Of a stretch of DNA of 64,000 bases, positions 60,394 through 64,000 are shown in pieces (position 1 is the stretch's first letter; every line of letters begins with the position of its first letter). Origin of the DNA: a virus. Where the stretch lies: the IMG/VR virus record IMGVR_UViG_3300035701_000003, one strand, 5' to 3'. The translations under genes and the position numbers were made by a program. The notes under the pieces are model-generated. The model was not told the origin of the DNA, ran no database searches, and saw only the letters and a program-made list of their open reading frames with translations.

Positions 60394-62452
60394 GTTAGAA
60401 GGTACAATTTTAGCAGATTACGACACTATTTACTTTGACCTCGATAAGACACTATGGGAGTGTTATACTTCTCAAGGTACTAGTATCGGCGCTTATGATA
60501 TGACTCCTCCTTTTGAATTAAAGACTGGAGTTATGATTAAGGATATAGAAGGAAATTTTTGTAAACTTCAAGACGGTATTAGAACTATATTACGGTTGCT
60601 AGATGAAAGAAACACTAATATGGGTACTTTAAGTAGCGGAGAGGCAGAGAACGTAACCTCAGGCGCTCAACCTTCTGTTTTACTTCTTAAGAAATTTGAT
60701 TTATATGGTTACTTTAATATGGGCGTTGTTTGTAAAAGAGGAATCGATAAAAGAGAATACGCTCTTCCTTTTGGAAAGACTTTACTTATAGACGACGACG
60801 ACGAAAATTTAGATAGCGTAAAAGAAAACGAATTAGTAGATATTTTAGATAGGAAGGCTTTTGAAGATTGGGATCAATTACTACAAAAGAAAACAAGTAA
60901 TTTAGTTTTAGGTTTATATTCTTTTTTAACTAAAAGAGCCCAAAAAGAATTTGAGTTTCGTTCTGGGGCTAGTATATTATTAGACTTATATAAAGCTGAA
61001 CTTGATTATACCCCGGCTAAAAGGAAACAAGGCGGCGAAGAAGAAGTATCCGATGAAGAAAACGTAAGATTTTTACAAAGTAAAAGTAATATACCAAGGT
61101 TATTTGAGGAGGCTGTTCAATATTTAAGAAATATGTTAAATGATACTATAGAATATAGTTCTAAAAGATCCGACTATATCACGGATAGCCAACTAGTAAT
61201 AACTACCTTCAGTGAAGCTTTGCGAGTATTAAACGAAACTTCTAAATATATTTATAATGCAGATCACTGGCCTCAAGTTTTTATAGTTATAGATAACGTA
61301 ATAAATCTCATGCATACTGATATGACTTTTATAGAGCATATATTATTATCTGATGAATCTACTTTAAGTAAATCTTATGAAGAACATATTGGAGCTGAAG
61401 CTATTACTTTCGAAGATAAAGATGACTTTGGATATTATCTTAATAAATTACAAGAAGAGTGGAATGAGTTTAAAGATTTTCTTATCCAGCAAGGTAAGAG
61501 TCTCCAGTTTACTTCCGAATCTAGTAAGTTATCTTGGCAAGAACATTTAGACCCGGAAAAGATTTATAATGGGGATATTGAGATGCCAGACCTTTTTTGG
61601 GAAGATATTCCTGATAAAGTACGGTGGTATTGTGAGGGTAGGGGTATATCTTATAGAGAAATGCCAGAAGCTATTAAGACTAGTTTTGATACTGCCCTAT
61701 TAAAGTGGGAAGCACGTTGGGAAAAGGAAAAGAAAAAACTTTCTTGGCAAACGCAACCCGAAGGCATGACAGAGGAGCAATTTTGGCAGATAATGGGCGC
61801 TAGTGATACACCGGCTAATGTTAGAAAGAGATTAAGAATGCTTACCCCCGAGCAATTGATTGTATATCAGGATATGTTTAATATTTTATTTACTAAAATG
61901 TTACCAGTTGTCCAGGATGAATGGATGGAAGCAAGTTCTGATAGTTTAGATTATTCTATATTTAATGTTATATATTCAGGGAAAGATGACTATTATTATG
62001 TTCTTGCTCATCCACGGTATATAAACAACGTAGGTGAATATGAAGAGGTTTCTTACTTTGCAGGAGAAATTTATGAGGAAAAAACTGGGGATGATAAGGC
62101 TTTTTGGGATGGTATTAAACCTTATGGAAGTTTGAAACTTGGTTGGCAAATACAACCCGAAGAACAAAATCCAAATTTATCTTTTCAGTATGATTTAATT
62201 AAAAAAGCTATAGAGAAGTTAGACTTCCTTGATTTTGGAGAACAGGATTTAGTACAGGATGCTATTTATGAAGCTAAAGAATACTTCGAAATGATAGGTA
62301 GTAATTACAATCTAAAAAATTTAAATCAAACTATGAATTTACTTGATAGAGTATACCAAATGTGCGGCATACCTTCTTTCCCTACAACTGAAGAAACTAG
62401 AAATCTAAGCAAAGCTCAAACTATAATAGATACTTTGATGGATAAGTTATAA
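60386..62452 (+). CDS. tag-delimited polyvalent protein: MDP-1-like HAD phosphatase and DUF4240-like module
   Basis: YFDLDKTLW (DxDxT, 60437), LSSG, LIDDDDEN; linkers at 61517, 61733 and 62126; MTEEQFWQIM...LTPEQL...SGKDDY. Confidence 0.75.
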   Translation: MDKLEGTILADYDTIYFDLDKTLWECYTSQGTSIGAYDMTPPFELKTGVMIKDIEGNFCKLQDGIRTILRLLDERNTNMGTLSSGEAENVTSGAQPSVLLLKKFDLYGYFNMGVVCKRGIDKREYALPFGKTLLIDDDDENLDSVKENELVDILDRKAFEDWDQLLQKKTSNLVLGLYSFLTKRAQKEFEFRSGASILLDLYKAELDYTPAKRKQGGEEEVSDEENVRFLQSKSNIPRLFEEAVQYLRNMLNDTIEYSSKRSDYITDSQLVITTFSEALRVLNETSKYIYNADHWPQVFIVIDNVINLMHTDMTFIEHILLSDESTLSKSYEEHIGAEAITFEDKDDFGYYLNKLQEEWNEFKDFLIQQGKSLQFTSESSKLSWQEHLDPEKIYNGDIEMPDLFWEDIPDKVRWYCEGRGISYREMPEAIKTSFDTALLKWEARWEKEKKKLSWQTQPEGMTEEQFWQIMGASDTPANVRKRLRMLTPEQLIVYQDMFNILFTKMLPVVQDEWMEASSDSLDYSIFNVIYSGKDDYYYVLAHPRYINNVGEYEEVSYFAGEIYEEKTGDDKAFWDGIKPYGSLKLGWQIQPEEQNPNLSFQYDLIKKAIEKLDFLDFGEQDLVQDAIYEAKEYFEMIGSNYNLKNLNQTMNLLDRVYQMCGIPSFPTTEETRNLSKAQTIIDTLMDKL

Positions 62453-62454
62453 TT

Positions 62455-64000
62455 ATGGGAAATTTCTGGAAAATATTTTCGCTTGAATTACCTAAAGGAG
62501 AAGACTATTCTGATTATTACGATTCTATAGATGTTTCACCTCCTGAAACAGAAAATTGGAGTCCTACTGAAAGAAAAAGAAAAATAAACCCTCTGAAGTT
62601 TCGTTCTGAAGATGATGATAATATGATGTTTTTTGAAAAAGGTTTACATCAAACTATAAACAACCCCGAATCAGAACGTCCTCTTACACCTTACGGCGGA
62701 TTAAACTTTTCTACTCCTGATTACTGGATATCTCCTACTGGAAATAGTATACTATCTACTCCCGATCATATCAGAAGTATTTTTAAATATCTAGGACAGA
62801 TAGATTCCACACTACTCGATAATTTTAAAGAAGGCAAAGACGTAGAAGAAATTATTCAAAAGGTTATTGCTAAAGGTTGGATTAGAGTTATAACAGATAA
62901 CATGGTAGCACACTTTGAAGTTTCTAGGTTTACACCTCGAGAGAAACATCTTATCGAAGATTTTTTAGTTGCTAAAACCATAGATAAATTAGCAATATAT
63001 ACTACCGGTGGTATAAAGATTTTTGAAGGCACTGCAGGAGAGTTTTTTGATTTTGATAAATTCAGTAGTTTGAAACTAGGATGGAGAGTACCTCAAGTAG
63101 GAGATGAAATATATAATAACATAACCGGCGAGATCGGAAGACTTGTTGCTATAGGAACCCCTTCTGAATTACGGAACTGGGCCGCGTGGAATCTAAAGAA
63201 TGACTTTCATTTTCATATATCCGACGTGATAGACGGGGCTTTAGTAAGCGAAGATAAGCAATATTGTATAGTTAGATCTTTAGGAGGAAAGTACTATGAC
63301 CTTTTACCTTTAGAAGAAGTAGACTTAAATAAATTCTCCTGGCAAATAAGTTACGAAAATAAACTAGAAGAAATAGACGATCTTTGTCACTACATAACTG
63401 ACGATAGCGGTTATACTTGGGAGCATGGAATTACTTTAAAAGATTTAAGAAGAGTATGGCCGGAATTTCTTAACGAATATAATATTAATTTCTTATATTC
63501 TAGGGGAGGAATGTTTGTATTATATGAAGATATTGAGAAATCTATTAAAGAGAACTGGAAAAAACTCTCCTGGCAAGTGCAGGAGGAATTCAGACTTTTA
63601 TCTCCTCAAGAATTACAGAGATCTTATTATAAATTAAGAGGGCTCGAGGATACTTTTAGTTATAATATAAATCCCACTCCCGGTAATCCTATTTTAAAAA
63701 TCTTACTTAGTTTAACTCCAACTAGTGGATGGTTTAATACGAATGCTTATGTATTTGAAAAAAGTGGTAAATATTTTGAAGTTGTGTTATATAAACCCGA
63801 CGCGCGAATTACTATTCATAATGATCAATCCCGGGAACTCGAGAATTATTTACGTGCTATAAGCACTACTGGTTCTTTTAAATTCAGTAAAAAAGAACCA
63901 AGTGACGCTCAATTAGATGCAGGTAACTATAAGAAGAAATATGTAAAGAAAGATGGTTTAGATATTTCAATTGAAAATGAAAAAGGTTCTACAAGGTCTG
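62455..64000 (+). CDS. 3'-truncated tag-delimited polyvalent protein ending in an InPase-like domain
   Basis: Not in the ORF track; hand translation is open from ATG 62455 to the window end. Linkers at 63064, 63325, 63553 and 63871; YWISPTG...GWIRV module; AQLDAGNYKK...GLDISIENEKGSTRS. Confidence 0.8.
   Translation, partial: MGNFWKIFSLELPKGEDYSDYYDSIDVSPPETENWSPTERKRKINPLKFRSEDDDNMMFFEKGLHQTINNPESERPLTPYGGLNFSTPDYWISPTGNSILSTPDHIRSIFKYLGQIDSTLLDNFKEGKDVEEIIQKVIAKGWIRVITDNMVAHFEVSRFTPREKHLIEDFLVAKTIDKLAIYTTGGIKIFEGTAGEFFDFDKFSSLKLGWRVPQVGDEIYNNITGEIGRLVAIGTPSELRNWAAWNLKNDFHFHISDVIDGALVSEDKQYCIVRSLGGKYYDLLPLEEVDLNKFSWQISYENKLEEIDDLCHYITDDSGYTWEHGITLKDLRRVWPEFLNEYNINFLYSRGGMFVLYEDIEKSIKENWKKLSWQVQEEFRLLSPQELQRSYYKLRGLEDTFSYNINPTPGNPILKILLSLTPTSGWFNTNAYVFEKSGKYFEVVLYKPDARITIHNDQSRELENYLRAISTTGSFKFSKKEPSDAQLDAGNYKKKYVKKDGLDISIENEKGSTRS

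Noticed and set aside
52-62167. All minus-strand ORFs in the track (e.g. 4193..4489, 8497..8802, 25409..25774, 50923..51222)
   Set aside because: Antisense shadows of long + strand genes, with no RBS or motif and biased composition.
458-63891. Tag as an integron-like attC or site-specific recombination site
   Set aside because: Heavy synonymous divergence, no inverted-repeat structure, and no integrase in the window.
1-64000. Alternative genetic code (stop-codon recoding)
   Set aside because: Very long ORFs and tight packing are obtained in code 11, with TAA, TAG and TGA all used as terminators.

Overview
AT-rich, densely coding 64 kb fragment of a large (probably jumbo) tailed dsDNA phage. 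All credible genes are on the + strand and read in the standard code. Both window ends cut through ORFs (<2..2425 and 62455..>64000). Landmarks: a terminase large subunit with a 204-aa mini-intein in its Walker A motif (28210..30723), a probable portal (56202..58196) and prohead protease (58216..59226), a denV-like glycosylase, a dNMP kinase, a GT-C glycosyltransferase, a GHKL ATPase and an SLT-like protein. Three blocks stand out. (1) Four ~1300-aa proteins at 6421..22040 have Sec signal peptides, each followed by Gln: one tail-fibre/adhesin-like protein and three beta-helix proteins. (2) An accessory block of small genes spans 30.9-45.1 kb. (3) A family of modular polyvalent proteins, the largest 2906 aa, has domains separated about 40 times by one peptide tag, [KRE]-x-[AS]-S-L-K-[LF]-[SG]-W-Q-[VI]-Q-P-E. 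The same W-Q tag begins several small stand-alone proteins as N-W-R-x-[IV]-L-x-W-Q. The tag is conserved as peptide, not DNA, and homologous modules bounded by it recur in different genes. My leading hypothesis (inference) is a tag-based system for capsid cargo addressing and proteolytic release of effectors (Doc-like, methyltransferase, metallopeptidase, HAD phosphatase, InPase, LRR, wHTH, SH3-like). All family assignments come from motif recognition by eye; no searches were run.
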